NCBI GenBank assembly: GCA_052246995.1
Contig: JBQPWD010000004.1
Location: 115,945 to 179,944 of the forward strand
DNA from: Candidatus Bathyarchaeota archaeon
GTDB taxonomy: Archaea > Thermoproteota > Bathyarchaeia > Hecatellales > Hecatellaceae
Reading direction: 5' to 3'
DNA length: 64,000 nt
The notes beneath the pieces were generated by a model that was not told the origin of the DNA, did not search any database, and was given only the letters and a program-made list of their open reading frames with translations. Positions 54,463-64,000 of this stretch are shown piece after piece. The position numbers were made by a program, and so were the translations under genes. Position 1 is the first letter of the stretch; every line of letters begins with the position of its first letter.

Positions 54463-54636
54463 GGTAAACCCATCCTACCCCAGTAAGCTTAAACGTAAAA
54501 GTAACAGTAAATAAGATATATAAAAAAGTTTATGGAAAAATTAAAACTTTTTTCATAGTTCTGCCTTTAAACTTATCTTATAGTGTTACCTATAATATTA
54601 ATATTCCCAATAAACTACCTATATAAGGGTTCTCTT

Positions 54637-54996
54637 ATGGTTAAGATTGACAATTTAAGTTTTGGCTCTATTGTTATCGACGGCAAAAAGTACAAGCATG
54701 ATGTTATAATCTATCCTAACGGGGTAGTTAAACGTAGAAAGGGAGGTTTTCTCCTGTTTGGAAGACATACCATTAAGATTGATGGAATTGAAGAACTTTA
54801 CAACAGCAACCCTGAAATTCTCATTGTGGGTACAGGTACAAGCGGTAAAGCTAAACTTTCTGAGGAAAGTAGTAATTTTCTTAAGAACAAAGGTTTAGAG
54901 GTTTTTACAGCCTCATCCTATGAAGCTGTAAAAAAGTTTAATGAGTTAACAGGTCTAGGTAAGAAGGTTGGAGCAATCTTTCATGTAACATGTTAA
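54637..54996 (+). CDS. Mth938-like (DUF498) small protein
   Basis: 'FGSIVIDGKKYKHDVIIYPNG' and 'ILIVGTGTSGK'. Start taken at MVKIDN. Confidence 0.5.
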   Translation: MVKIDNLSFGSIVIDGKKYKHDVIIYPNGVVKRRKGGFLLFGRHTIKIDGIEELYNSNPEILIVGTGTSGKAKLSEESSNFLKNKGLEVFTASSYEAVKKFNELTGLGKKVGAIFHVTC

Positions 54997-55011
54997 CGGT
55001 GTAGTTAAACA

Positions 55012-56430
55012 TTGAGCAGTAGCAGTTTAAACGTATTTTTTTATCCTAGAAATGTTGCTGTTGTTGGGGCTTCAAACAATCCTTTAAAATTTGGTTACCA
55101 GGTGGTAAAAAATCTCTTAGATTTGAGGTTTGAAGGAAAAATTTATCCTGTAAACCCGAGATATGACAACATCCAAGGGTTAAAAGCTTATAAATCCATC
55201 TTAGAAATTCCAGAGGATAGTATTGATGTTGCAACAATAATTGTACCAAACGTAGCCGTACCTGACATTATGGTTGACTGTGCTAAGAAGGGTGTAAAAG
55301 GAGTTGTCGTTACAAGTTCAGGATTTAAAGAAACAGGCTTTGAGGGTAAAAAGCTTGAAGATGAAATTATCAAAATCGCTAGAGAAGCTGGAATGAGGGT
55401 TGTTGGACCAAACACAACAGGCACACTTAACATGTCAAATGGTTTTACAACAACATTCACTGTTGTACCTGAAAGAAAGGTGGGACCCTTATCCTTTATT
55501 GCTCAAACAGGGTTATTTGCAGGAGTAACCTTAAACTGGTTTTTAACATCCCAAAAATACGGCTTAGCCAAAGTTTTTGGTTTAGGAAACATGTGTGACG
55601 TTAATGAAACTGAAGCATTAGAATACCTAGCTCAAGATCCTGAAACAAAAATTATAGCACTCTATCTTGAAGGTCTGGGCGGGGAGAAAAGGTTTTTTGA
55701 TGTCGCAAAAAAAGTTTCAAGAAAAAAGCCTATAATAGTTTTAAAGTCAGGCAGAACACAAATAGGTGCAGAAGCAGCCAAATCTCATACAGGTTCACTA
55801 GCTGTAAGAGATGATATTTTTGATTGTGCATGTAGACAAGCAGGAATTATACGGGTAGATGATTTTGAAGAAATGTTTGACGTTATAAAAATGCTTGTGT
55901 TTCAACCTTTACCTGAAAAGTTAAATGTTGGAGTTGTAAGCATGACTGGAGCTGGAGGAGTATTAGCTATTGATTCATGTACTCGCTATGGTGTTAATGT
56001 TTCAAGATTTTCACAAAAAACAGTAGAGTATATTCAGTCATTAATGCCTGAATGGGGAAGAGTTGGGGTTTTTATAGATGTAGAACCGTTAGTTGAAAAG
56101 CTTTTTGACAAAGGTTATAAGGTTGCTTTTGAATCGGCAATAGATGACCAAAACATCACCTGTGTTCTACTTATTTTTCTAATTCTTCCGAATATAATGG
56201 TTACAGAGGATTTTGTTAAACAAATGGTTGAAAACATATTTGTTGAAGGTTTAAGAAGGAACCCAGGTAAAGCTGCTATACTACACACATTAGGAGAAAA
56301 AAAGGTACTAGAATTTATCAATGAATTTTTGGAGGAAAAATTAAGACTTCCAACGTATCCAGGCATAGAGAGGTGTGTAAAAGTTTTAGCCAAGCTTAAA
56401 AACTATATTAGGTATTTAAAAACCTGTTAA
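55012..56430 (+). CDS. ADP-forming acyl-/acetyl-CoA synthetase, alpha-type subunit
   Basis: 472 aa. 'FYPRNVAVVGASNNP', 'VVGPNTTG', 'FIAQTG' and the phospho-His context 'AAKSHTGSLAV'. TTG start. Confidence 0.8.
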   Translation: MSSSSLNVFFYPRNVAVVGASNNPLKFGYQVVKNLLDLRFEGKIYPVNPRYDNIQGLKAYKSILEIPEDSIDVATIIVPNVAVPDIMVDCAKKGVKGVVVTSSGFKETGFEGKKLEDEIIKIAREAGMRVVGPNTTGTLNMSNGFTTTFTVVPERKVGPLSFIAQTGLFAGVTLNWFLTSQKYGLAKVFGLGNMCDVNETEALEYLAQDPETKIIALYLEGLGGEKRFFDVAKKVSRKKPIIVLKSGRTQIGAEAAKSHTGSLAVRDDIFDCACRQAGIIRVDDFEEMFDVIKMLVFQPLPEKLNVGVVSMTGAGGVLAIDSCTRYGVNVSRFSQKTVEYIQSLMPEWGRVGVFIDVEPLVEKLFDKGYKVAFESAIDDQNITCVLLIFLILPNIMVTEDFVKQMVENIFVEGLRRNPGKAAILHTLGEKKVLEFINEFLEEKLRLPTYPGIERCVKVLAKLKNYIRYLKTC

Positions 56431-56473
56431 AATGCTTCTCCACTTTAAAACTGGTCTTTATCTCGACCAGTTT

Positions 56474-56962
56474 TTACCCCATGTAAAACTGCTTTATTAT
56501 TTCATCTTTTTCAACCAAGACATTACAATAGTGGCAACGTAAAACTATCGGATCCTCGTTTTCCACGTAAAAAAGTTGTTTAACTGGTTCTTGACTGTTG
56601 GTTACGCATCTTTGATTTGGACATTTAATAATATCTTTAACAATAGCTGGAAGTTTAACCTTTTCCTTTTTTATAACGTTAAAATCTCTAATAATGTTTA
56701 TTGTTGCCTTTGGTGAGACTAAAGCTATCTCAGCAACCTCTTTAGGGCTGATTTCTCTTCCTTCAATTTTAACAATATCCTTCTTTCCAAGTTTTTTGCT
56801 TGGAACGTTCATTAGAATGCTTACAATAAAGCCTTCACGCCCTGAAATGTTAAGAATTCTTAAGACTGCTAAAGCTGTTCCGCTTGTAATATGGTCTATA
56901 ACTGTACCTTCACGGATTTTTTCTACACGTAGTTGTCTTCCACTTTCAGGTTCTGTCATCAT
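56474..56962 (-). CDS. pyrI: aspartate carbamoyltransferase regulatory chain
   Basis: 162 aa. 'LRVEKIREGTVIDH' and the Zn site 'CPNQRC...CHYC'. Confidence 0.9.
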   Translation of the reverse strand: MMTEPESGRQLRVEKIREGTVIDHITSGTALAVLRILNISGREGFIVSILMNVPSKKLGKKDIVKIEGREISPKEVAEIALVSPKATINIIRDFNVIKKEKVKLPAIVKDIIKCPNQRCVTNSQEPVKQLFYVENEDPIVLRCHYCNVLVEKDEIIKQFYMG

Positions 56963-57011
56963 AAAAATATATTTAGTTTAACTAGATTTAACTGTAATGA
57001 TGGTTAAGTAA

Positions 57012-57941
<930 letters not shown>

Positions 57942-58049
57942 AACAAGTTAAAGCAAGCATAAATAACTAGTTGTTGCACCATCGAATTTGTAACTAATTA
58001 TGGGGTTAAATACAACCTCAATCCTCATTAACTTAACGAGGAATGTAAG

Positions 58050-58286
58050 TTGGAAAAAAGCCTTAAAAATAGGAAAACATGTTTAAAATGCAAATTTTAC
58101 AGTATGATTGGAGATGATGAAAGAAATAGGTTATCACTAGATTTATGCTTAAAAAAAGGACCCTTACCTGCAGCTTATACTTTTAGCGACTTATGCTGCG
58201 GTGGAAGTTCATGTATGTTTATCCTAACTCTTAAATGTTTGGAGGAAATTGCTGAGAAATGTGAGCATTACGAGGAAAAAGATTAA
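58050..58286 (+). CDS. possible small Cys-rich protein (doubtful)
   Basis: 78-aa ORF with a TTG start, 'CLKCK' and 'CCGGSSC'. I recognised no family, and it overlaps the long version of the next ORF. Confidence 0.2.
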   Translation: MEKSLKNRKTCLKCKFYSMIGDDERNRLSLDLCLKKGPLPAAYTFSDLCCGGSSCMFILTLKCLEEIAEKCEHYEEKD

Positions 58287-58299
58287 AATAAAAGGTGTA

Positions 58300-59850
58300 A
58301 TGCAAAAGTTGAAAGTTAAATATATAAGTGTGGTAAATGCTATGTATTCTTCAAAGCATATTCAAAAAAGTCAAGGAGAAAAAATAAACCAAGTGTGGTG
58401 GAGAAAATTGGTTGATATTTTAGCTTATGGTGCATACATTCCACTTTGGAGAATTAGCAGAGATGAAATTGCTAGAGGAGCAGGAGTTGCGTCTGCTGGT
58501 GGTGAAAAAGCTGTTGCTTCATGGGATGAGGATAGCTTATCAATGGCTGTTGAAGCAGGAGTTGACTGTCTAGGTGAACAGTTAAACCCTAAGGAAATTG
58601 ATGCCTTGTTTTTTGCATCCACAACCTCACCATTTAGGGAAAAACATGCAGCCTCAATAATAGCTTCAGCATTAGACCTTAGAAGGGATGTAACAACTAT
58701 AGATTTTGCGGATACGACAAAAGCTGGCACTACAGCAATAAAAGCTGCAGTTGACGCTGTTAAAGCTGGTTCAGCAAAAAAGGTTTTAGTTATAGCTGGA
58801 GAATGTATGGTTTTAACCCCGTCAACAGATTTTGAACAAATTTGTGGTGATGCTGCAGCGGCAATCTTAGTTGGTGAGGGGGAAGGTATAGCTAAGATAG
58901 GTGACTTTGTATCTACAGTAGAACCTATACCTGGACCTTGGAGGCGAAGTACAGATTTACTTCCACAAAGATTTGAGGCTAAACTTGATTTAAGATACGG
59001 TTTTATCAACTCAACCGTTAACACCATTCAAAACCTTCTTAAAAAGACTAACCTCTCAATCAAAGATTTCTCTAAGCTTGCTTTTAACGCTCCAGACCCT
59101 AGAGGCTATTTTGACGTCTTAAGAGGTATAGGAGCAGATATTAAGCAAATTCAAGATCCTCTATTTACAAATGTGGGGATAACTGGCGCAGCACATCCCC
59201 TACTTTTGCTTGTTGCCGCCTTAGAAAATGCAAAAGCTGACGAAAAAATTTTATGTGCAGGTTATGGAGATGGTTGTGACGCTTTTTATGTTGAAACAAG
59301 AAAAAAGGTTGAAGAGTTTAAGGGTAGTAGAAGAGCAACAACTGTTTACGTAAAATCTAAGCGTATGCTTACAACCTACGAGGAGTACTTAGATTTTAGA
59401 AAACTCCGTGAAAGAGCACAACCAGAATATCATAGAGCCTCAATTGTAAAGTATTGGAGGGATGAAAAGGCTCTTCTTCCATTTTATGGTATGAAGTGTA
59501 AGAACTGTGGTTCTGTAACCTATCCTATAAGCAGATGTTGTATTGTATGTGGTGCAAGGGATAACTATGAAGAAGTTAAAATTGCAAAACGTGGAAAAAT
59601 TTACACCTTTACTTTTGACTACCTATGTGGCCCTGGAAATGCTGTTGGAGAGTATGCTGCGCTTAACCCCGCAATAAGAGTTGTTGCGGATATGGAGGAT
59701 GGTTGTAGACTTTTCCTTGAACTTACAGACTGTAAACCTTCGCCCGAAGAAATATATATAGACATGCCTGTAGAATTAACATTTAGGTTGATGAGTGAGA
59801 AAACAAACTTTAGGTTTTATAGTTGGAGGGGGCGACCCGTAAGAGGTTAA
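58300..59850 (+). CDS. HMG-CoA-synthase-like domain fused to a DUF35 Zn-ribbon/OB-fold domain
   Basis: The N-part is colinear with archaeal HMGCS ('ILAYGAYIPLWRI', 'WDEDSLSMAVEAG', 'KAGTTA', 'YGDGCDAF'). The C-part is DUF35-like ('KCKNCGSVTYPISRCCIVCG' followed by an OB-like segment). The true start is uncertain: ATG 58300, GTG 58393 or TTG 58408. Confidence 0.75.
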   Translation: MQKLKVKYISVVNAMYSSKHIQKSQGEKINQVWWRKLVDILAYGAYIPLWRISRDEIARGAGVASAGGEKAVASWDEDSLSMAVEAGVDCLGEQLNPKEIDALFFASTTSPFREKHAASIIASALDLRRDVTTIDFADTTKAGTTAIKAAVDAVKAGSAKKVLVIAGECMVLTPSTDFEQICGDAAAAILVGEGEGIAKIGDFVSTVEPIPGPWRRSTDLLPQRFEAKLDLRYGFINSTVNTIQNLLKKTNLSIKDFSKLAFNAPDPRGYFDVLRGIGADIKQIQDPLFTNVGITGAAHPLLLLVAALENAKADEKILCAGYGDGCDAFYVETRKKVEEFKGSRRATTVYVKSKRMLTTYEEYLDFRKLRERAQPEYHRASIVKYWRDEKALLPFYGMKCKNCGSVTYPISRCCIVCGARDNYEEVKIAKRGKIYTFTFDYLCGPGNAVGEYAALNPAIRVVADMEDGCRLFLELTDCKPSPEEIYIDMPVELTFRLMSEKTNFRFYSWRGRPVRG

Positions 59851-59868
59851 GTGTGGAGGTGGAAAGGT

Positions 59869-61035
59869 ATGGGAAGTATAAAGGATAGAGTTGCGATAAT
59901 AGGGACAGGAGTTACAAGGTTTGGGGAGTTATGGGAAAAAGACCAAGAAGATTTGCTTGTAGAGGCTGTTTACGAAGCCGTTAATGAAGCAAATGTAGAC
60001 CTTAAAAGAGATGTTGAAGCTATATGGGTTGCAAACCAATATCATTTTACAGGAATGTCAGGTGCAACTTTTTCAGATTCGCTAAAAGTTTTCGGCAAAC
60101 CTGTTACAAGAGTTGAAAACTTTTGTGCTTCAGGTATGGATGCTGTTAGAAATGCTGCTTATGCCGTTGCATCAGGAGTATATGACATTGTAATCGCTTG
60201 TGGTGTTGAGAAGATTTTAGATTATGGTGGAAGAGGATTACCCTCAACTGGCGGCGAACTTCATCCAGTAATGGGTTTATCATCTGCACCTGCAATGTTT
60301 GCTTTAGCTGCAAACAGGGCTTTTAAGGTTTGGGGGTGGACTAGGGAGGACCTTGCACGAGTTGCTGTTAAAAACCATTATAATGGTGCACGACACCCTA
60401 AAGCTCACTTTAGAAGAGAAATAAACATTGAAACAGCTTTAAGAGCACCTATGATAGCTTACCCATTAGGCTTGTATGACTGTTGTGCAATGTCTGATGG
60501 GGCTGCTGCTGTTATTTTAACTAGACCTGAAATAGCTAAAAAATACGTTGGAGATAATTATGCAGTAATTAAAGCTTTAGGTATGGCTGTTGAAACCCTA
60601 GGGCCATGGTACAGGCCTGGTGAAAGCTTCTTAAGCTTTCCTGCAAATGTGAAGGCTGCTACTGCAGCATATAAGGAAGCGGGTATAGAAGATCCACGTA
60701 AAGAATTAGATTTTGGAATTGTTCATGATTGCTTTACCATTACTGAGCTTATAAATTATCAAGATATGAAGTTGTGCAAACTTGGTGAGGCTGCAAGCCT
60801 TATACGTGAGGGGGTTACAGCAATAGATGGAGATTTTCCGATAAATCCTGATGGAGGCTTAAAATGTTTTGGTCACCCTATTGGGGCTACTGGTTGTAGA
60901 ATGACTGTTGAACTTACAAGACAGGTGCTTGGTAGAGCTGAAGGGTTACAGGTTAAAAATGCTGAAGCGGGATTTGCTCATAACCTTGGTGGAGCATACA
61001 CTGTGGCAACAGTACTTATTGTTGGAAGAAGATAA
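59869..61035 (+). CDS. thiolase (archaeal/SCP-x-type acetyl-CoA C-acyltransferase)
   Basis: 'RVAIIGTG', nucleophile 'NFCASGMDA', 'GHPIGATGCR' and 'HNLGG'. The ATG is preceded by GGAGGTGG. Confidence 0.85.
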   Translation: MGSIKDRVAIIGTGVTRFGELWEKDQEDLLVEAVYEAVNEANVDLKRDVEAIWVANQYHFTGMSGATFSDSLKVFGKPVTRVENFCASGMDAVRNAAYAVASGVYDIVIACGVEKILDYGGRGLPSTGGELHPVMGLSSAPAMFALAANRAFKVWGWTREDLARVAVKNHYNGARHPKAHFRREINIETALRAPMIAYPLGLYDCCAMSDGAAAVILTRPEIAKKYVGDNYAVIKALGMAVETLGPWYRPGESFLSFPANVKAATAAYKEAGIEDPRKELDFGIVHDCFTITELINYQDMKLCKLGEAASLIREGVTAIDGDFPINPDGGLKCFGHPIGATGCRMTVELTRQVLGRAEGLQVKNAEAGFAHNLGGAYTVATVLIVGRR

Positions 61036-61136
61036 ACTTTTTAATTTAAACCCTAATTTTTTATTAGACTTCATCTACGTTATACTTACATGCAGGTTTA
61101 TTAAATTTTGGCTTAATCTGTGGAGGTTTTAATTTT

Positions 61137-61892
61137 TTGCTTCAACTGGAAGACCTAACAGTCAGTGTTAATGGTAAGGTTTTGATTAAAGACTTTAGCT
61201 TACATATTGAGAAAGGAGAAGTTCATGTGATTTTTGGACCTAACGGTGTTGGTAAAAGTACAATTGTTTATGCTATTCTTGGCTTTCCAGGTTATAAGAT
61301 TGTTAAGGGTAGGATTATTTTTAAGGATAAAGATATAACAAACATTCCAACCTATGAACGTGTAAAAATGGGGATTGGTGTTGCATTTCAACATCCACCA
61401 AAAATTAAAGGATTAAAGCTTGTAGACATGGTAAACATCTGTGCCAATAAGATTGGTGAGGAGGTTGATGAAAACATCTTAAGGCTTGTTGATGAATTAA
61501 AAATTCCTAGAGTTTTTCTTCAAAGGGATTTTAATGTTGGCTTTTCTGGTGGGGAAATAAAGAAAAATGAGATTTTACAGTTAGTGATTCAAAACCCTGA
61601 TTTTATAATTCTTGATGAACCTGATTCTGGTGTTGATATTGAAAATATAGGTTTAATTGGGGGAATAATAAGCAAACTGCTTGAAAGAAACTTGATACCA
61701 AGTTTAAGAAGAAAAGCTGGATTACTAATAACCCATTCTGGGCATATTTTAAGGTTTGTCAAAGTTGATAGAGCTCATGTTCTACTTAATGGTAGAAAAG
61801 CTTGTTCTGGAGAACCTGAAGAAATACTAAAAAACATTATGGAAAGAGGCTATGAAGAGTGTGTAAAAAAATGCCAGATAGAGGAAAGTTAA
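61137..61892 (+). CDS. sufC: Fe-S cluster assembly ATPase SufC
   Basis: 'GPNGVGKST', 'FSGGEIKKNEILQL' and 'IILDEPDSGVD'. Confidence 0.85.
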   Translation: MLQLEDLTVSVNGKVLIKDFSLHIEKGEVHVIFGPNGVGKSTIVYAILGFPGYKIVKGRIIFKDKDITNIPTYERVKMGIGVAFQHPPKIKGLKLVDMVNICANKIGEEVDENILRLVDELKIPRVFLQRDFNVGFSGGEIKKNEILQLVIQNPDFIILDEPDSGVDIENIGLIGGIISKLLERNLIPSLRRKAGLLITHSGHILRFVKVDRAHVLLNGRKACSGEPEEILKNIMERGYEECVKKCQIEES

Positions 61893-63034
61893 GGAACAAT
61901 ACGGAAAGTAGAAAAGATGATTCTGCATCCTCGTTAAAGGATATACCTGAGCAGTTTAAAGATAAACTTAAATCTGTTGGTTTTAGTTTTAATGAGGATG
62001 AAAGGTCAGGGTCTTATGTTCAATTTGACCATACACCTCTATTTTCAAGGTCAAAAATTGGTGGTGTTGAAGTTTTAAGCATAACTGAAGCTTTAGAAAG
62101 GTATGAGGGACTTAAAGATTATTGGTGGAAAGTTTTACCTTCAAATTTGGATGAATATACACGTCTAGCTGATGAAAAGTTAACCCATGGATACTTTATA
62201 AGGGTTAAGCCAAAAACGAGAATAATACTTCCAGTTCAAGCATGCCTTTTCATATCTAAACCTAAAATTTCTCAGCATGTCCACAACATAATAATAGCTG
62301 AAGAGGGGTCAGAGCTTCACATAATCACAGGATGCGCCACAGCTACCCATGTAACGTCAGCTTTGCATGTAGGTGTTTCAGAGTTTTACATTAAAAAAGG
62401 TGCAAAAGTAACTTTTACAATGGTTCACAACTGGGGTAAAGAGGTTGAAGTTAGACCTAGAACAGGAGTGCTGGTAGAGGATGATTCGTCATTTATAAGT
62501 AATTATGTTTGCTTAGGACCTGTAAAAAGTCTTCAAACATATCCTACAGCCTATTGTGTTGGAGAAAATGGTAAGATAACATTTCAATCTGTACTTTTAG
62601 CTTCAGAAAACTCTGTTATGGATGTTGGTTCAAGAGTTTATCTTAAAGCCAGAAATAGTAGAGCAAACATAATTTCCAGAGCTGTTGCAAAAGGTTATGG
62701 TGAAATTTATGCTAGGGGACATCTTATAGGGGAAAGTTCTGGTGTTAAGGGACATTTAGAATGTAGAGGAATAATACTTTCAGATACGGCAAAAATTCAT
62801 GCAATACCTGAGCTTGAAGCAAAAGCTAAAGATGTAAACTTAACACATGAAGCCGCTGTTGGAAAGATTGCTGAAGAAGAAATACTGTACCTTACAGCTA
62901 GGGGATTAACTCCTGACGAAGCCACAACGGTTCTTATAGGCGGGTTTTTAAGACTTAACCTTGAAGATTTACCTCAAGAGTTAAGATTTGAAGTTTCGGG
63001 AATGATGAAAACCCTTATTGAAAAAGCTTTCTAA
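61871..63034 (+). CDS. sufB: Fe-S cluster assembly scaffold SufB/SufD family
   Basis: About 387 aa. A beta-helix-type repeat region and a C-terminal 'HEAAVGKIAEEEILYLTARGL'. It overlaps the end of sufC. Confidence 0.8.
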   Translation: MPDRGKLRNNTESRKDDSASSLKDIPEQFKDKLKSVGFSFNEDERSGSYVQFDHTPLFSRSKIGGVEVLSITEALERYEGLKDYWWKVLPSNLDEYTRLADEKLTHGYFIRVKPKTRIILPVQACLFISKPKISQHVHNIIIAEEGSELHIITGCATATHVTSALHVGVSEFYIKKGAKVTFTMVHNWGKEVEVRPRTGVLVEDDSSFISNYVCLGPVKSLQTYPTAYCVGENGKITFQSVLLASENSVMDVGSRVYLKARNSRANIISRAVAKGYGEIYARGHLIGESSGVKGHLECRGIILSDTAKIHAIPELEAKAKDVNLTHEAAVGKIAEEEILYLTARGLTPDEATTVLIGGFLRLNLEDLPQELRFEVSGMMKTLIEKAF

Positions 63035-63042
63035 AACTTACT

Positions 63043-64000
63043 TTATGTAGTTTGTCTAAATTTACGTTTCCAATAATCTACAAGCCTTTTTAAAGCCTTT
63101 GCAGCTCTATCAGGTGTTGGAAAAACCGGTATACCTTCTTCCACCAGTTTTCTTCTAAACTTACCAATACTTTTCCACTTCCATCTTTTAAGTTCATCTT
63201 CATCAACTTCACCTACACCAACAACCGCAATAACTGGTTTACCATCTCTTTTTAACTTTATGATGTCTTTAACATGTTCCCCAGCCCATAAATCCCAAAT
63301 CTCACCAGGTAAAGGGTCGTCTTCAGTTAGGTTGGCAACATACAAATCAGCTTTACAAGCTTCGCCAGCGATTTTTAATAGTTCAAAAGGAGATATTGGA
63401 GAATCTTGAAGAATTGAAACATCTATGGGATTTTTAAGCCAATTCCAGATGATTGGTGCAATTTTTTTAAGTTTTTCTCTAACCTGTAAAGGTAGGTCTG
63501 GAAGCTCAAAACCTTCCTCCTCCCATATATCTGCTGAAAGCACGCTTTTACCTCCACCACCGCCAGCAATAAAGACTTTTTTACCTGTTACTGGTGGGAG
63601 AAAGCTGAAGGCAACAACCTGGTCTACAAGCTCATGAAGAGTTTGAACTTCAACAACGTTATATTGTTTAAAAATAGCTCTCCAGATACTCATTGAGCCG
63701 GCGATTGAGGCGGTGTGAGATAGAGTTGATAATGTTCCTGCTTTACTTCTACCACCTTTAAGCACAACAATAGGCTTTCTTCTTGCGGCGTAAGCTAAAG
63801 CATCTATAAACTTTTTTCCGTTTTTAACTCCTTCAACATAAAAGGCAATAATTTTTGTTTTAGGGTCTTGTGCAAAGTAATATAAAAGTTCAGACTCATC
63901 TATATCTAACGCGTTACCGTAACTTACAACCTTGGTAAAGCGTAATCCTCTTAAAGCACCATAACGTACAAACTCGCTTGATGCTCCACCACTCTGAAAA
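63043..64000 (-). CDS. second ADP-forming acyl-CoA synthetase alpha-type paralog (5' end beyond the window)
   Basis: I translated the frame by hand and it stays open to position 63999 ('FQSGGASSEF...RKPIVVLKGGRSKAG...SHTASIAGS'). The track ORF (63765) is only the part after an internal GTG. Confidence 0.75.
   Translation of the reverse strand, partial: FQSGGASSEFVRYGALRGLRFTKVVSYGNALDIDESELLYYFAQDPKTKIIAFYVEGVKNGKKFIDALAYAARRKPIVVLKGGRSKAGTLSTLSHTASIAGSMSIWRAIFKQYNVVEVQTLHELVDQVVAFSFLPPVTGKKVFIAGGGGGKSVLSADIWEEEGFELPDLPLQVREKLKKIAPIIWNWLKNPIDVSILQDSPISPFELLKIAGEACKADLYVANLTEDDPLPGEIWDLWAGEHVKDIIKLKRDGKPVIAVVGVGEVDEDELKRWKWKSIGKFRRKLVEEGIPVFPTPDRAAKALKRLVDYWKRKFRQTT

Noticed and set aside
58425-59027. 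200-aa minus-strand ORF antisense to the HMGCS-like gene.
   Set aside because: It is embedded in the Ala/Gly-rich part of a motif-supported gene. Its translation is Ala/Ser-rich with no recognisable domain, so it is a shadow ORF.

Overview
This is an A+T-rich archaeal chromosome segment. The diagnosis rests on the uS13-uS4-uS11-Rpo3-eL18-uL13-uS9-Rpo10 gene order, uL1-P0, SepRS, Taw1 and intron-containing tRNAs. Almost all of it is coding, mostly on the minus strand. Every call below comes from reading motifs by eye, with no database search.

Contents, left to right:
- A complete DapL-type lysine operon (dapA-dapB-lysA-dapF-dapL), then pgk.
- Four tRNA genes. One is a CAU tRNA with an apparent D-arm intron, and one is tRNA-Lys with a 13-nt anticodon-loop intron.
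- A VapBC pair, then a Taw1 / translin-like / SepRS run.
- A coiled-coil repeat protein, an aminotransferase, a cNMP-CBS-nucleotidyltransferase sensor and an AbrB-PhoU protein.
- Two GH130 genes holding three GH130 modules, a permease and an MTHFR-like protein.
- CbiMNQO, a TRAP transporter with a Tat-leader DctP, and TatAC.
- An about 8-kb Hyc/Hyf-like group-4 [NiFe] hydrogenase operon, then enolase.
- The ribosomal-protein/RNA-polymerase block, pheA/tyrA and an acyl-CoA dehydrogenase.
- Divergent pyrI/pyrB, an HMGCS-like-DUF35 fusion plus thiolase, SufC/SufBD, and two ADP-forming acyl-CoA synthetase alpha paralogs.

Best candidate for something new: the hydrogenase operon is headed by an HdrB-type CCG protein plus a cysteine-free mini-ORF, not by a formate- or CO-oxidising module. 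It is transcribed divergently from a GcvH-like lipoyl carrier, a LutA-like CCG protein and a LutB-like LUD/Fe-S protein.

Other notable items:
- An HMG-CoA-synthase-like domain whose Glu/Cys/His triad appears substituted, fused to DUF35.
- An HprK-like P-loop kinase inserted between uS11 and Rpo3.
- A uL13 gene whose conserved N-terminus has no canonical start codon.
- A P0 protein without the acidic tail.

I found no CRISPR array, rRNA gene, transposase or integrase.
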